Positions 35,110 to 48,840 of a DNA stretch of 64,000 nucleotides are shown in pieces. Below the pieces are notes generated by a model. It was not told the origin of the DNA, searched no databases, and saw only the letters and a list, made by a program, of their open reading frames with translations. Position 1 is the first letter of the stretch. Each line of letters opens with the position of its first letter. Source of the stretch: Lama glama (taxonomy: Eukaryota); the NCBI GenBank assembly GCA_028534125.1, contig CM052817.1, forward strand, positions 29,514,001 to 29,578,000. Reading direction: 5' to 3'. The position numbers were made by a program, and so were the translations under genes.

Positions 35110-38100
35110 AATACAAAACCCTGATTAATTATATCTGTATATCTCTTTCTACTCTCTGTTTCATCTATTTCCACCCTGATATTTATTATTTCCTTCCTTC
35201 TAAAAATTTGAGCTTCATTTGTTCTGCTTTTTCTAACTTGAGGTATGAAGTTATATTGTTTTGGGGGGATTTTTCTTTTGTCTTGAGGTAGGCCTATACT
35301 GCAATGAACTTCTCTCTTTGAACCACTTTTGCTGCACCCTAAATCCTGGTATGTCATATTTCCGTTCTCATTTGTCTCTGGGCATTTTTTATTTCTCCTC
35401 TAATTTCTTTAATGACCCATTGGTTGTTCAGAAGCATGTTGTTTAACTTCTATGTTTTTTGGTTTTTCCTGGTTTTTTTTCCCCCTTGTGATTGATTTAT
35501 AGTTTCATACAGTTGTGGTCTCAGAAGATGCTTGATATAATTTTAACCTGATTGAGTCGTTAAGATTTGTTTTATGATCTAAAAAGTGATCTATCCTGAA
35601 GTGTGTTTCATGAGAACTGAAGATTGTGTATTCTGTTGCTTTTGGATGGAATGTTCTGTATGGATGTAAATACAGATACAGATTAAGTTCATCTGATCTA
35701 ATGTGTTGTCTAATTTCTGTATTGATTTTCCGTGAAGATGATCTACTCATTGATGTAAGTGGGTGTTAAAGTTCCCTACTATTACTGTATTACTGACTAC
35801 TTTTCTCTTTAGTTCCTTTAATATTTTCTTTATGTATCTTAGTGCTCTTTTGTTTGGTACATATACATTTATAAATGTTATCTCTTCTTGCTGGGTTGAC
35901 CATTTTATCATTATGTAATGCCCTTGTCTTTTTTTTTATAATCTTGTTTTAAAATCTATTTTGTCTGATACAAGTATAGCTACTCCAGCTTTCTTTTAAT
36001 TTCTATTTGCATAGATTATCTTTTTCTATCCTTTCATTTTCAGTCTGTGTGTGACCTTTTCTTCTGAAGTGCATCTGTTATAGGCAGCATATAGACGGGT
36101 CTTGTTTTTTATTCATTCAATCACTCTACATCTTTTGATTGGCAAATTCACTCCATATACATTTAAACTAATTATTGATAGATATGTACTTATTGCCATT
36201 TTGTTAACTATTTTCTGACGTTCTGTAGTTCTCTGTGCTCCTTGCTTCTCCTTCATTCTTCCCTTGTGTTTTGGTGGTTTTCTTGGGTTCCTTCCAGATT
36301 CCTTCCACCTTCCTCATTTTCTTTCATGTATTTAATATAAGTTTTCTTTTTTTTTCTTGTGGTTTCCATGAGGTTCACATATAACATTCTATATATGTAG
36401 TAATCAGTTTTAATTTGGTAGAATTTAAATTTGAACACATTTCAAAGCTTTATCTTCTTACTCCCCCTAGTCACAATATTTTATACTTTGTGACACATTT
36501 CCCATTTTTTATATTATGCATCTTAAGTATTTATTGTAATTTCAATTATTTTTTACTATTTTTTCTTTTAACCTTTATGATTGCTTTGTGACTAATCCAC
36601 AACCTTTTAAATTTATCTTTTCTAATGATGTTTATACTGCTGTATGTTTTCTTACCACTAATTAGTGCCATTTCCTTTCACCTTAATGAAGTCCCTTAAA
36701 TATTTCTTGTAGGATAGGTTTAGTGGTGATGAATTCTGTGATCTATTGCTTATCAGGAAACCACTTAATCTCTTCCTCAATTCTGAATGATAATCTTAAT
36801 TGGCAAAAAATTCTTGGAAATGATTTCCTTTCAGCACCTCAAGCATGTCATATCACTCCCTTCTGGTTGTAAATTTCCTACTGAAAAGTCTTCTAATAGC
36901 CTTAAGGTGTTTTCCTTGAATGTAATAAATTATTTTCTGTTGCTACTTTAGGATTCTCTCTTTAACTTTTACCATCTTAATTAGAATATGTCTTGGTGTG
37001 TGTCTCTTTGGGTTCATATTATTTGGAACTCTCTGGGCTTCCTGGACCTGGATGTCTGTTTCTTTTCCCAGATTAGGGAAGTTTCCAGCCACTATTTCCT
37101 CAAATAATTTTTCTGGCCCTTTCTCTCTTTTTCTGGGACTCCTGTAATATGAAAGTTATTCCACCTGACGTTGTCCCAAAGATACCTTAGGGCATCTTCA
37201 CTTTTTACAATTCTTTTTTTTTCATTTTGCTGCTCTGCCTGAGTGAGTTTCATTGTTTTGTCTTGCAGTTCACTGATTTGTTTTTCTACTTCATCCAGTC
37301 TGCTGTTGAACACACCTAGAGTATTTTTTAGTTCAGTTATAACTTTTGTTTGGTGCTTTTAAAATATTTTCTCTTTTTTGAAGCTTTCACCGTGTTTATC
37401 CATTCTTCTCTCGAGTTTGGTGACCATCTTTAAACTCTTTATCAGGTAAATTGCTCATCTCTGTTCTTTGTTATTTTTCTGAATTTTGTCTTGGTTTTTC
37501 AATTGGAATATATTTCTCTATCTCCTCATATTGCCTAAATACCTGTGTTTGTTTTAATGTACTAGGTAAATCAGTTATCTCTTCCAGTCTTTAAGGAGTG
37601 GCCTTATTTAAATGTCCTGTGGAGATCGGAAGTGGAATCCCACCAGATCATCAAGGCCAGGAACTCAAGGGGTGACCCCTATGTGGGCTGTGTGCACTCT
37701 TTTGTTGTGGCAGAGCTTCATTTGCTATGAGGTGTTGGTGGGAAGGGCTACTGCTTGGTCTACTGGGAGACTTGGCCAAGGTGTAGAGGTAGGCATGGCT
37801 CTCAGTGGGGCACACCCTTTGGTGCTAATAAGTTAGGTGGAGAATTCCAAAATGGTGCCCACCAGCACTGTCATTAGCAGAGTAGACTGAAATCACAAAA
37901 ATGGCTCCTGGCAGTGTCTCAGTCTCCAGGGAGTGTCCCTACTGGTTTCCCTCTCTCTAGCAGATGCTTGGAGATTAATACATGGGTCTTCTCCATCTGT
38001 GGTCCATGCACTTTTCGAAATAGTGTTTTTGTGCTGGTTTTGGGGTCAAATGAGTCTGTATTTGAGCCCTTTAAGAGCAAATTTTCAGTTCCCTACAGTT

Positions 38101-38490
38101 CTTTAGTTTTCCTGGGTGTATTCTATTATTTTTCAAGGCTAGGTGTTTGGGGTGGGGCTTGTATCTACTGTGAAGAATCTAGCAGGTGGGGGTGCCTGAT
38201 GTGGAGCTTGAATTCCTTCCACCTCAGGGAAAATAACCATAACTTTGTGATCCTCCTAATTCTAGACTGCTATGGCTGGGGTGTGGATTTTTCCTTGAAG
38301 AGATCATATCCCTGCCTCTCCTATCCATCTCAGTGATGCCTATTTTTACCCTTTGTTGTAGATGCTTTCCCTCCAGATTTTAGGTCTCTTTCTAAGGGAT
38401 TTATTTCATATGTAGTTGTAGATTGGCTATGTCCATGGGATCCATGGGGTGAGTTAAGGATCCTTCTACATCATCTTTAACCTGATCTCT
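35110..38490 (-). mobile_element. L1 5' half (5'UTR, ORF1, EN part of ORF2); 3' half absent
   Basis: Minus-strand 5' end 'agagatcaggttaaagatgatgtagaaggatccttaactcaccc'; ORF1 peptide NSRLDEVEKQISELQDK...LWDNVRWNNFHITGVPE; ORF2 peptides RTFHPKATEYTIFSS and RIDHFLDHKTNLN. Confidence 0.88.
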
Positions 38491-41400
38491 AAAAATGCAC
38501 TGTTTTCCACCTTAAAAATTAGTATGTAGAATACCTTAAAATATTAACTACTGTTTCCCCACTGCCTGCCAGGAGGCTTCATGGCTATCAATGGCTATTG
38601 GTGATTTATGTGTTTTCAGTGAATATGAAATAATTTGAATGTTGTCTATGCTAACTATAATTAAGAAATTTTCAATTAGGGAGGGATGGAACAAAATCAT
38701 GCACTAAAACTAAATATTAAAAAAACATACATTTCTTGATTTTGCTGTGTCTATGCCAAACCTCCCCCCCATTGGTGTGGGTAAAAAAAATGACGTCAAC
38801 TTAAAAAATAAAAATGATAATAAATAATAAAAGTATATTAATGAGGCACTGTACTTAGAACTAAAGTTGACCAAAACCAAGTTAACACATGTTTATCAAG
38901 CCACCTTACTATCTTGATAAAAATATAGAATAAGCATAAAACTTAAATCAATCTTGAGCTAACAAATGTCAGTGTCCCCATATTTTCCCTGGTCTCTCTC
39001 AAGAACAATTCCCACTAAATCCCACTTGTAGCATTTATTCTGATCATGCCAGTCTCTTCCTGGTCACCTGCTTATATACTGATACTCCACTGCTGTTGAA
39101 GTTTTTGTTGGTTTTACTCCAAGCCAAAAGACTGTAGAAGATGAAAATAAGTGCTCTCTCTCTACACATTTTTTAAACTTCTTCAGAAATAAAAGTACTA
39201 TTTATAGGTTCTTTTATTTAAAACAGGGAGGGAATGTTTTTCATTTTTATAACTTATATGCACATGCACATATTTCCAAGTTAGATACGGATACGTGAAA
39301 ATGTATGGGTTCAACTCTACTTTTCTTCTGTGAAAACAAGAATCAGACTCTATTCATCTTTGAGTTTCTGCTGTTTAGAAGAGTGCTCTGCAGTGTGAAA
39401 AGCTGTAACTCTGTCAGATAAATGTGTAATATGTGTACACACTTAGCATAAGACCACTGTTTCAATACTCTCAGTCACATTTATATAACAGTCCTTTGAG
39501 ATTGAAGAGTTAAATGTTCTGTGCCTCTATTCATTTTACTTCATAAATGTCTGCAACTATATTATTTTTACAGATTTTTTTTCTAGTGAAAATCTTTAAA
39601 CTTTTACATTTACCATGCTACTACTACTCAGTTTCTAGACTCTTCTTTAATATGTTCCAGATGACATTTTTCACTTATGAAACCAAAAATTATGTACATT
39701 GACTAAATTTGAATGAATATCCCAACAAGCCCAGAATCTTTTGATTCTTTACCAAAGTTGTGTTTCCTTTATTAATAAAAACTATATAGAGATTCTGATC
39801 ATTTATAATAGTTTTCTTCATTAATTGTCCTGAAATGCCTGTGCACAATATTTAATTTGGTATCCCAATTGCCTGAAGAAATTTGCCAGATTGTGACTGA
39901 TAAAACCATTATCCTGCATTCTAATAATCCCAAAGTAATAATTTGTAAGTAAAAGAGAACTCCAAGATGCTCTGACAATGAATCTGGTCAAGTCTATTCG
40001 ATTTTGTTTTTTAATTCCTCAATATTCCATATCCTGGAGAACTATTCATGCAGATACAGTTGCTCATGCAGTGAGCAAAATTATTTCTTCTTATTTGACT
40101 GTCTCAGCAGATATATTATTGTGTCTGGGAAAATAACCACTCTTGAGAATGCTGACTTTGAGTTTTATTTCTCTGAATGTTCATAAATCACTTATTTGAT
40201 TGTAATGGTTCATAAAATTCTAAAAATAATTGAATATTAATCCCACAATGTAAGGGATAACTTAATATTTTTATGACTCATTTTATCTGTGTAATAGCTA
40301 CCAGAAAAATACATAATATTGATCAAAATGTACCAAAATATTAGTGATAAAGAAATATTTTGTGCTGATCTTTTCCCTTCTGTTTTATGTTACTTCATAT
40401 TATGTCTGCCCTTCAATAAGTCCTGCAAGTAATTCTCCAGCTGATTACCCCTTACTGCTTGAGTACTTATTTTATTATATAATTCCCTATTATAAATGAC
40501 ACATATCTCCATTTGGGAATAATTTTATTCAGCAGCTAATGGACCATTACCTCTGGCACATGTTACTAGCAAAGCCGAATTTAGGCACTGGCGTTCCTTT
40601 GTTTTCATTTTATTTCTTAGCATTTCACAGCCCTTGGTCCTTAGAGACTGTCTCCACCTTCCCTTTTCTCTTATTTCATCCAACAAGACCCAGGGAAAGG
40701 AGAGTGTGATTTTGCAGAAGACTGACAGAATCTGCTCTAACTTCTCCAGTTGTCAAGGTTGCCCACTGAGCAAACTACAGCCAGTGTTTTTCAGGGTTGG
40801 ATTCTTCATGGTGCATTCATTTTAAGTATTCAATGGGCAATACTATTTCTCTCCTCGCCACCTTCTTATAACATTGTGACCCCTACTGATGAGTTATCAA
40901 AAACCTTGAAAGTAATCACTAGAATGATACTTCTTCAATAATTAAAATTAATTTTTCATTAGAGTAAAGTGTTCAGAAAGCAATTCAATTAAGCCAAATC
41001 CTGTATTAAAATAGTCTTTTTTTTTTCAGCAAGAAAATATCCTTTGTTCTTATTCCATGGTTCTTTAATTATTGTACTCTTTGGTGATTTGCTTCAAGAC
41101 ATTTTAGGCATTAAATTCCTTTGTGCAGATTTGAAATTCTTGCACCGTAATTTATTAGGGGGGCATGCTTTTACCTTTAATAGGTCAAAGAATCAGATTC
41201 CTAGGTAAAAATCTCATTTTAGGTTTCTAGTGGAATAGATCTAGAAAATCATGCTATCTGAATGACTGTCACTCACTGATATTTCACTAGGAAGACTTTT
41301 TTGTTTTTAATTGATTAATTAAAGTGATAAGGCCTTGTGTATAGGACAAAAAAAAACCCAGCCATTTCCTATTAAAAAAGTCATTCTATACCATTTGGAG

Positions 41401-42814
41401 ATAAATCTGTAAATAAGTCATTTTTAAATTATATGAAACTATCAAAATATGTTCAAAACATCATAGAATCACAGGAGAAAGACTAAGAGTATAAGACATG
41501 GAATCTAAGGCTCATGCTTCTCAGAGTAATGAATTTTTAATTGGGTACTGAAAACTAGTAGGTGAAAATATGTAACTGACTCTTACTGTAAAGTCTAGAG
41601 TAAATTCAATAATCATCAGTGCAAAGGTGGTTAGAAAGTTATAGAAATACAACAGAGGCAAAATTTGGGTGTTTTAGGTGCAAATAGCAGAGTTTATGTT
41701 GAGATCTTGTGGAACATCAATTTTTTTTTTAAATTTTGGATCAAAAAACAGGGACAGAGAAGGCTAAGGTATGATAAAAGAGATGAGGGAATATTTAATA
41801 GAAAAGTATCAAAAGCCACCGAATGTTGAGAGGGTGGGAGGCATATAGTGACGTAGGATGTGCTTTGCTGTGTCAATGGATGTGGGAAATTAAAGTCTGA
41901 AAAAATCTTAGGAAGTGTAGCAATGAGAAGTTCATTATAACCTTAACTAAAACATTTTAAGTAAGGTACAATTTAGATTTCTATGAAATATCTAGCCTTT
42001 CAAGTCTTGAGTTTTACAGGTGACTTCTTTTGATTTTCCTTCTGTTTCACGATGACAGTAACTACTGTCCGTGTTCACTGACTGTTCATGGTGGACACAT
42101 AAATGGACACTTTTGCATATAGTCTATGGTTTCCTGCCATGGGGGCCATTGGTAATACACATGATGTGAGTTAAGCAGATATTTTTTTCAGAATAAAAAT
42201 CTCTATCCTTGTACTGGTTTACATTATTAACTCTTCATTACAGAGAATGTCTGCTACTCATATCTGTTCACTATATACTCTCCCCTGTCCTCCTTTAACA
42301 GTAGCCTAGCTCTTAAAACTTTCATACTATTCCTTTACATAATTAAAAAATACATTTTACTATCGATCCTTTATATTTATACCTAAACATTCATATTAAG
42401 ATAAAATTTAGTTAAGCTTATCTTACCGCTATATTTGAATTGTATTTCTAATGTGACACATTTCTGGAACACTAATGGTTAGATAAAAGAGTGTATGTAT
42501 TTTAAGTGTATTGACAGTTATACAGTTCAAATAATTTATATTTACACCAGTAAGTATAAGGGATTCAATTTCTCCACCTCACCAGCCTGCTTATTTTCAT
42601 TACCTTTAAAATTTTACTAATGGGATAAATGTTCTGTCATTGTTTTAACTGCACATTTAAAAAATTCATACTGTGATTTATTATTGAATGAACACTTTAT
42701 TCTTCTTTTGTAAAATGCCTGTTTCTATTTTGTATTGATTTATAACAGTTACTTATGTTTTATGGATATTAATTATTTAGATCATGATTCACAAAATTTT
42801 TTCCAAATTGTCTT

Positions 42815-43072
42815 TTATTTCTTCTTTATTATTTATTTTTATTGATTTATAATCATTTTACAATGTTGTGTCAAATTCCAGTGTAGAGCACAATTTTTCA
42901 GTTATACATGAACATATATATATTGTTACATTTTTTCTCTGTGAGCTACCCTAAGATCTTGTGTATATTTCCCTGTGCTATATACAGTATAATCTTGTTT
43001 ATCTATTCTACAATTTTGAAATCCTGTCTATCCCTTCCCACCCCCCACCCCTTTGGCAACAACAAGTTTGTC
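42815..43072 (-). mobile_element. Young L1 3'UTR tail (about 250 bp)
   Basis: Closely matches the reverse complement of the tails at 28464-28610 and 56470-56700. Confidence 0.92.
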
Positions 43073-43131
43073 ATTAAAATTTTATTTCTTGTTTTTTTTT
43101 AGTAGTATTTGCATTTTTATGTAAGACATAT

Positions 43132-43231
43132 NNNNNNNNNNNNNNNNNNNNNNNNNNNNNNNNNNNNNNNNNNNNNNNNNNNNNNNNNNNNNNNNNNNNN
43201 NNNNNNNNNNNNNNNNNNNNNNNNNNNNNNN
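43132..43231. other. Assembly gap (100 N)
   Basis: Run of N. Confidence 1.
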
Positions 43232-44296
43232 CTTGCTTCTAGACTTTATTTCAATTTATTATTCTGACTGTGTATCTTTGATGCTATAATCATTGTATTT
43301 TGATTATCATTCATATGGAATGTGTTTTAGTGTTTGAAAAAACACTTCATAAATTTCAGTAACTATACAATTTGAGTTTTGTCTAATGTAGGTATTCTAC
43401 CATGTTAATTAAGGGAAAAATAAATAGGAGTATCTTTGTTATTGACGTATAGTAAGTTTTACAGATTTATACTTTTAATGTATTTACTATACGACTTGTA
43501 ATTGCATTCTTCTGCCATTTTCCAATTTATTTTGCTTTTCCTCAATAATTTTTATAGTTTTTACCACACGCAACTTATTTTTTTACTAGATATTTCATGT
43601 ATTGTTTATATTACACATTCAATTTTATTTCTATTGCACTTCAAACCAGTTGCTAGTGACAAATAAAAAAGCTATTTCATCTACAGTACTAAGGCATAGA
43701 GAAAGGACTGTTTTCTGCCTTGTTATGCATTTCTCTCTATTAGCTCTTACCTCTCAGCAGTGCCCAAGATTAGGACACATTCCCATCGAAGAGTTCAATC
43801 TGGGACTTGAAATTCTCACTCTTCTTTTGAAACAGAAAGCAGAAGTACTACACACAGAGAGTGAGACCAAACTGTAAAGTCAGATGTGTGACTCAGTAAT
43901 GGGAATCATTATTTTTTTTAATTTCAAGTGATACAAAAATACAAAGTATCAATATTTGTGTGTATATGTGGAAGGATGTATGTGTGTGTGTTTCTGTGTG
44001 TGTATATGTGTGCAATATTGAGTATAAAAAATAAACAAACTGTCTTGCTAGTTGACCTTTCATATATTCTTGTAGGTAATTTTCAGGGTTTCTGTAAATA
44101 TTTCCTTATAAGGGTTCAGACACTCAACAAATATTTATTGAATAAAAATAATAATGAAAAATAAAGTTTTATATTTTTATAAGTTCCACATCATAATCAA
44201 CAAATATTTATTGGTCGATTGAAGAAGAGTTTCTGTGATTTACATGAAGTAAGTCTAAAGAGTTGGCTGAATATATGCACTAAACAATGGAGCTTA

Positions 44297-45145
44297 ACAT
44301 GAAAAAATGCTCAATATTGCTAATTACCAGAGAAATGCATATCAAAAGTACAATGAGGTTTCATCGCACACTGGTCAGAATGGCCATCATTAAAAAGTCC
44401 ACAGATGATTAATTCTGGAAAGGATGTGGAAGAAAGGGAACCCTCCTATACTGTTGGTAGGAATGCAATTTGGTGCAGCCAGTGTGCAAAACAGTATAAA
44501 GATTTCTTAAAAAAACTAAAACTAGCCTTACTATATGATCCAGCAATCCCATCCATGGGCATATATCTGATGAAAGCTCTAATTTGAAAAGACAGACACC
44601 TCAAAGTTCATAGCAGCACTATTTACAACAGCCAAGACTTGGAAATAACCTAAATGTCCACTGATAAGATAACTGGATAAAGAAGTTGTGGCACATATAC
44701 ACAACAAATACCACTCAGCCATAAAAAAGAATGAAATGCCATTTGCAGCAACATGGCTGGATCTGGAGATTGTCATACTAAATGAAGAAATCCAGAAAGA
44801 GAAAGACAAATATCAAGTGATATAACTAATACGTGGAATATAAGAAATGATACAGATGAACTTATTTACAAAACAGAAACAGACTCAAAGGCACAAAACA
44901 ATTTATGGTTACGAAAGGGGAAATGTGAGGGAGGGGTAAATTAGGAGTTTGGGATTAGCACATACAAACTACTGTATATAAAATAGATAAACAACAAGGT
45001 CCTAGTGTATAACACAAGAAACTATATTCAATATTTTGTAATAACCTATAATGAAAAATAATATATACATGTATAACTGAATCACTATGCTGTATATCAG
45101 AAGCTAACACAACATTGCAAATCAACTATACTTCAATAAAAAATA
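44297..45145 (+). mobile_element. 5'-truncated L1 (ORF2 C-terminus and 3'UTR)
   Basis: [16 protein letters not shown]...[13 protein letters not shown]; 3' end 'aacacaacattgcaaatcaactatacttcaataaaaaa'. Confidence 0.92.
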
Positions 45146-48100
45146 ATGATGTTACAAGATTATTAAACTTTTATTTACTAATACTTTATATAGATATTAT
45201 AGAGGCAGAGATATCTCTCTGAATATCTATATAGATATTTAGACACATTATTATATGATATCTAATGTAGTTTTTCTTTAAGGAAGTGTCAAAAAGATGA
45301 TGGAAAATGATTACGGAATTTGGGTGTTTATTATTCCAAGGACTTGACAAGTGTGAGAAACTCCAAAGTTGTAATCCTGTAATTCTGCTAAGGCACCAAC
45401 TCAGCTTGTAAGGAGTTGGTGACACAGCAGTCACCACTTAGCTAGTAAGTGAATGTACAGCAATGTGTTCTTCTAAATGCAAGACTCATTTCATATAAAG
45501 GATTTGTCTTCGGTGACTTTAGAAATTAGCATAATGAGGTAACTATTTGTATAGCTGCCATCTATGAAAATCAACACACACACACAGGGCACACATGCAT
45601 GGCAAAATCTGTTGTTATTGAGGTCCTCAGTAAAGATTATAATTTGTCTTAAATTATGAAATGAACTTTTCACTTATTCTCAGTGCTATCTCCAATGATG
45701 CTTGTCAGTAAGAGTGTAGATATATTTAATCATACTGTGATAATGAGTATATGCCTGATTTTAATTACTAATTCTACTTGTCATGTATTTGGCATTATTT
45801 CCTGTAGCACACCATGCTGTGAAGTACCTTCACACTGAGTTAATTCCTTCTATTCACATTAACATTGAAGAATAGGAGCATATAATTTCATATAAGAACA
45901 GTAAGTACCAAATGCAAAAGAAAATTCCTTTCCCTTATATAGCTCTTTTAAATTAAATGATTTCCTAGTATTAAGTCAAACATCTGAAACACTGCCTCGG
46001 AGAAACAGAGTTCAACAATCCTTTATCTGATACAATTATTTTACTCTCATGGACTTTTGTCCATAGCATATTTCTTGCTATAAATGTAAAATATTTTAAT
46101 ACCTATATCCAGGGATTTAAATGCATACCAATGTTCATAGGACTTATGAAATATCAAGCAATGAATGAAATATCATCAAAATTAAATAATATATTTATCT
46201 TTTTAACTGGCCACATAATATTTAGATTCATAAAATCAGCAGGAGCATTATGGTCCTTCAATAATTTCTTATTTCAAACTACAGAAATAAAGCTTTAAGT
46301 CTTAGAGAGAGAAATATTTATTTGCTGAAAAATATTCTGTTTTTCTTTTCTCTCTCCCTGTGTCACTCCAGCTGAAGAGACAAATCCAACACATAATTCA
46401 CCTTATGTTAAACTCTCCTTATCTTATTTTTATTGCCTCACTTATGACAAGGCTAGTCAAATATGTAATTAAATGTGGAGCTCTTGTTTTTAAAATGAGG
46501 AAGAGACCACTAGAAAATATTATAGGTTTAATTAGAGTACATCATTGTTAAAGTTGTCTTTCTTCTATAAACATCTGTGGCACAACAACATAAGACTGGC
46601 TTGATATCTAGACTTTCATTCATTTTGAAAAGCCGACCCTAGATAAAAGTACCTCTTTATACAAGTAAATGGGCTTTCTACTCTTTAAAAAAAATTCATC
46701 AGATAGAAATAATTTCAATTTTTAAAATTAGAATGCTCATATAAGACAATTATTTTCTTATCTGTTTACTATGACTTCATACTTTCCTGGGAAGTCATCA
46801 GAAGGAAAGCCACAAGGATTTGTTATTATCAACAATTTGTTCTCATTGACTATGAAATGAAAATGTTCTTTACAAATAAAATCTTTTCATGGGGTCATAA
46901 ATCTATTATGCAGCATTTTTAGTAACAAAACTTTAAATATTATAAATGAATATGTCAAACCTCTCAAGGAATCTTGATAATAAATAGGAGTGTAGTTGGG
47001 GTGAGAGAGTTAGGCACTTACATCAGGTATAGGATTTAGGGTATAGCAAATAACTCAATATTCAAGACGAATGTTTTAATGCCATAATTAAAAACATACA
47101 ATTTAATGCAAAAAATCAATGATAAGCAAAATACAAAGCTTTTAAACAAAGGACCTGACCTTGCATTTGCATAACTCAGCTGCACCCTTTTTCCTGCCCT
47201 GCTAATAAAAATACACAGTTGCTGATTTAAAAAAAAAACAAAAAACCCTTGATTAAATATAGTTGGAAATTTCAATTTCTAAACAGTAAGTAACAAAGCC
47301 ATGTTATTAAAAATAATGATAATTTGTGGCAATAAAAAGAAAAAAAAAGTATTGCTGGTAATTTCATATGTATTAAACATGAGGCTGGAAAAAATGGTTG
47401 TTCCAAAGAGAAATTAACTTTAAAAAGATTAAATGTAATAAAACTCACTGATTACTATCTTTTGCTTTCTCTCATTGGTTAGTCAAATAAAAAATAACAG
47501 TTCACATGTATGATTTCTTTGTTTATATTTTTAAATATGCATCTTATTTAAACCATCAATTTTTATACTGGACATAATTTACTGTTCACTAATTTTTACG
47601 TGGCTCACTCCTATCTTGTGCTTCCCATGAAGAATCATAAATTTTCACTCTGAGAATCATCTGGAAATTTCAGCCATGTACCAGTGCATAAGTAACCAAG
47701 AAATCTACACAGATCACCTAAAGTAGCAGCCAATGTCACTCTAAACTTGGGGTAGGAGTTGGTGGAATTGCTTAACACAACCAAATAAGGAACATTTTGA
47801 AGCTCTTCATTTCTAAAACATCGACTTTACCTGGATCTTTAAATCAAATTACCATCTATTTTTGTACCATTGCATAGTATATTTGTCCTTCTGATAAATT
47901 TCTACTGTTAGTTTAAAAACTTGAGTTACTTAAGTAAAATTGTGTTTACAACAGTTTAAAAGCACAAAGTAGCAGATTTAGGAAATAAGAGGACTCAAAT
48001 TAAGAATAATGCTAAATATGGCAATCTTATTTTAGTACAGAATTACTAAAGTAGAGTCCGTAATGAAAATCAGAGATAGTAGAAATAACTTACCGAAAGT

Positions 48101-48644
48101 AGATGGTTACTATAGTGACAAGATGCAGCCACTCTGGTGTTGATTGAAAGGAACATGTCTCAGAACTAGCACAGGCCACAGAGGATGGCTATCTTCGGGA
48201 ATCTTTCTTTTCTCCAACTTTCCTGTCCTAGTAAAAGATGGAGAGATTGAAGGTCAGTGAGGGCATGAAGATACTACAAATGAGACAATTCTTCTTAAGC
48301 CCGGCTAACATTAGCCAGAAGGTGACTGCAAAATTATGCAGTCCAAGTGATGGGCAAATAACCAAAATTTAAAAGTTGAGCTGAGGTGGCAAATAGCTTT
48401 TATCCTTACTACTATCCTTAATTGATTTGGTGGTGGATGCTGGAAGTGGTAGTGCAGCGAGCTGCTCTGGACTCAGCATAGAACAATGCAGTGGTTAACA
48501 GACAAGCAACCGATTCCTGGAGACAAATTTGCAAATATTCCTGTTTGCTTTTGGAACGTGAGTTGCCATGAAAAACACACAAAAATCTAAATTCTTTTCA
48601 ATGAAGAGAACGAGCAAAATGGAAACAATGGTGTATTTGCAGGT

Positions 48645-48840
48645 AATATTATATATAAAGTAGATGAACAACAGGTTTCTACTATATAGCACAGGGAACT
48701 ACATTCAATATCTTGTGGTAGCCTATAATGAAAAAGAATATGAGAAGGAATATATGTATGTATATGTATGACTGAAACATTATGCTGTACACAAGAAAGT
48801 GACACAATGTTGCAAACTGACTACACTTTAATTGAAAAAC
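48645..48840 (+). mobile_element. Short L1 3'UTR tail
   Basis: 'atatagcacagggaactacattcaatatcttgtggtagcctataatgaaaaagaatatg...gcaaactgactacacttt'. Confidence 0.88.

Larger units (their letters stand above)
42490..43650 (-). mobile_element. Very old L1 (L1ME-like) fragment, interrupted by a young L1 tail and an N gap
   Basis: 'caccagtaagtataagggattcaatttctccacctcaccagc', 'tcattgttttaactgcacattt', 'tatggatattaattatt'. Confidence 0.5.

Noticed and set aside
40600..40825. Plus-strand acceptor-like tract and 63-aa ORF
   Set aside because: No convincing donor site and no recognisable peptide.
42300..42485. Possible hAT DNA transposon remnant
   Set aside because: Terminal inverted repeats are not convincingly identifiable.
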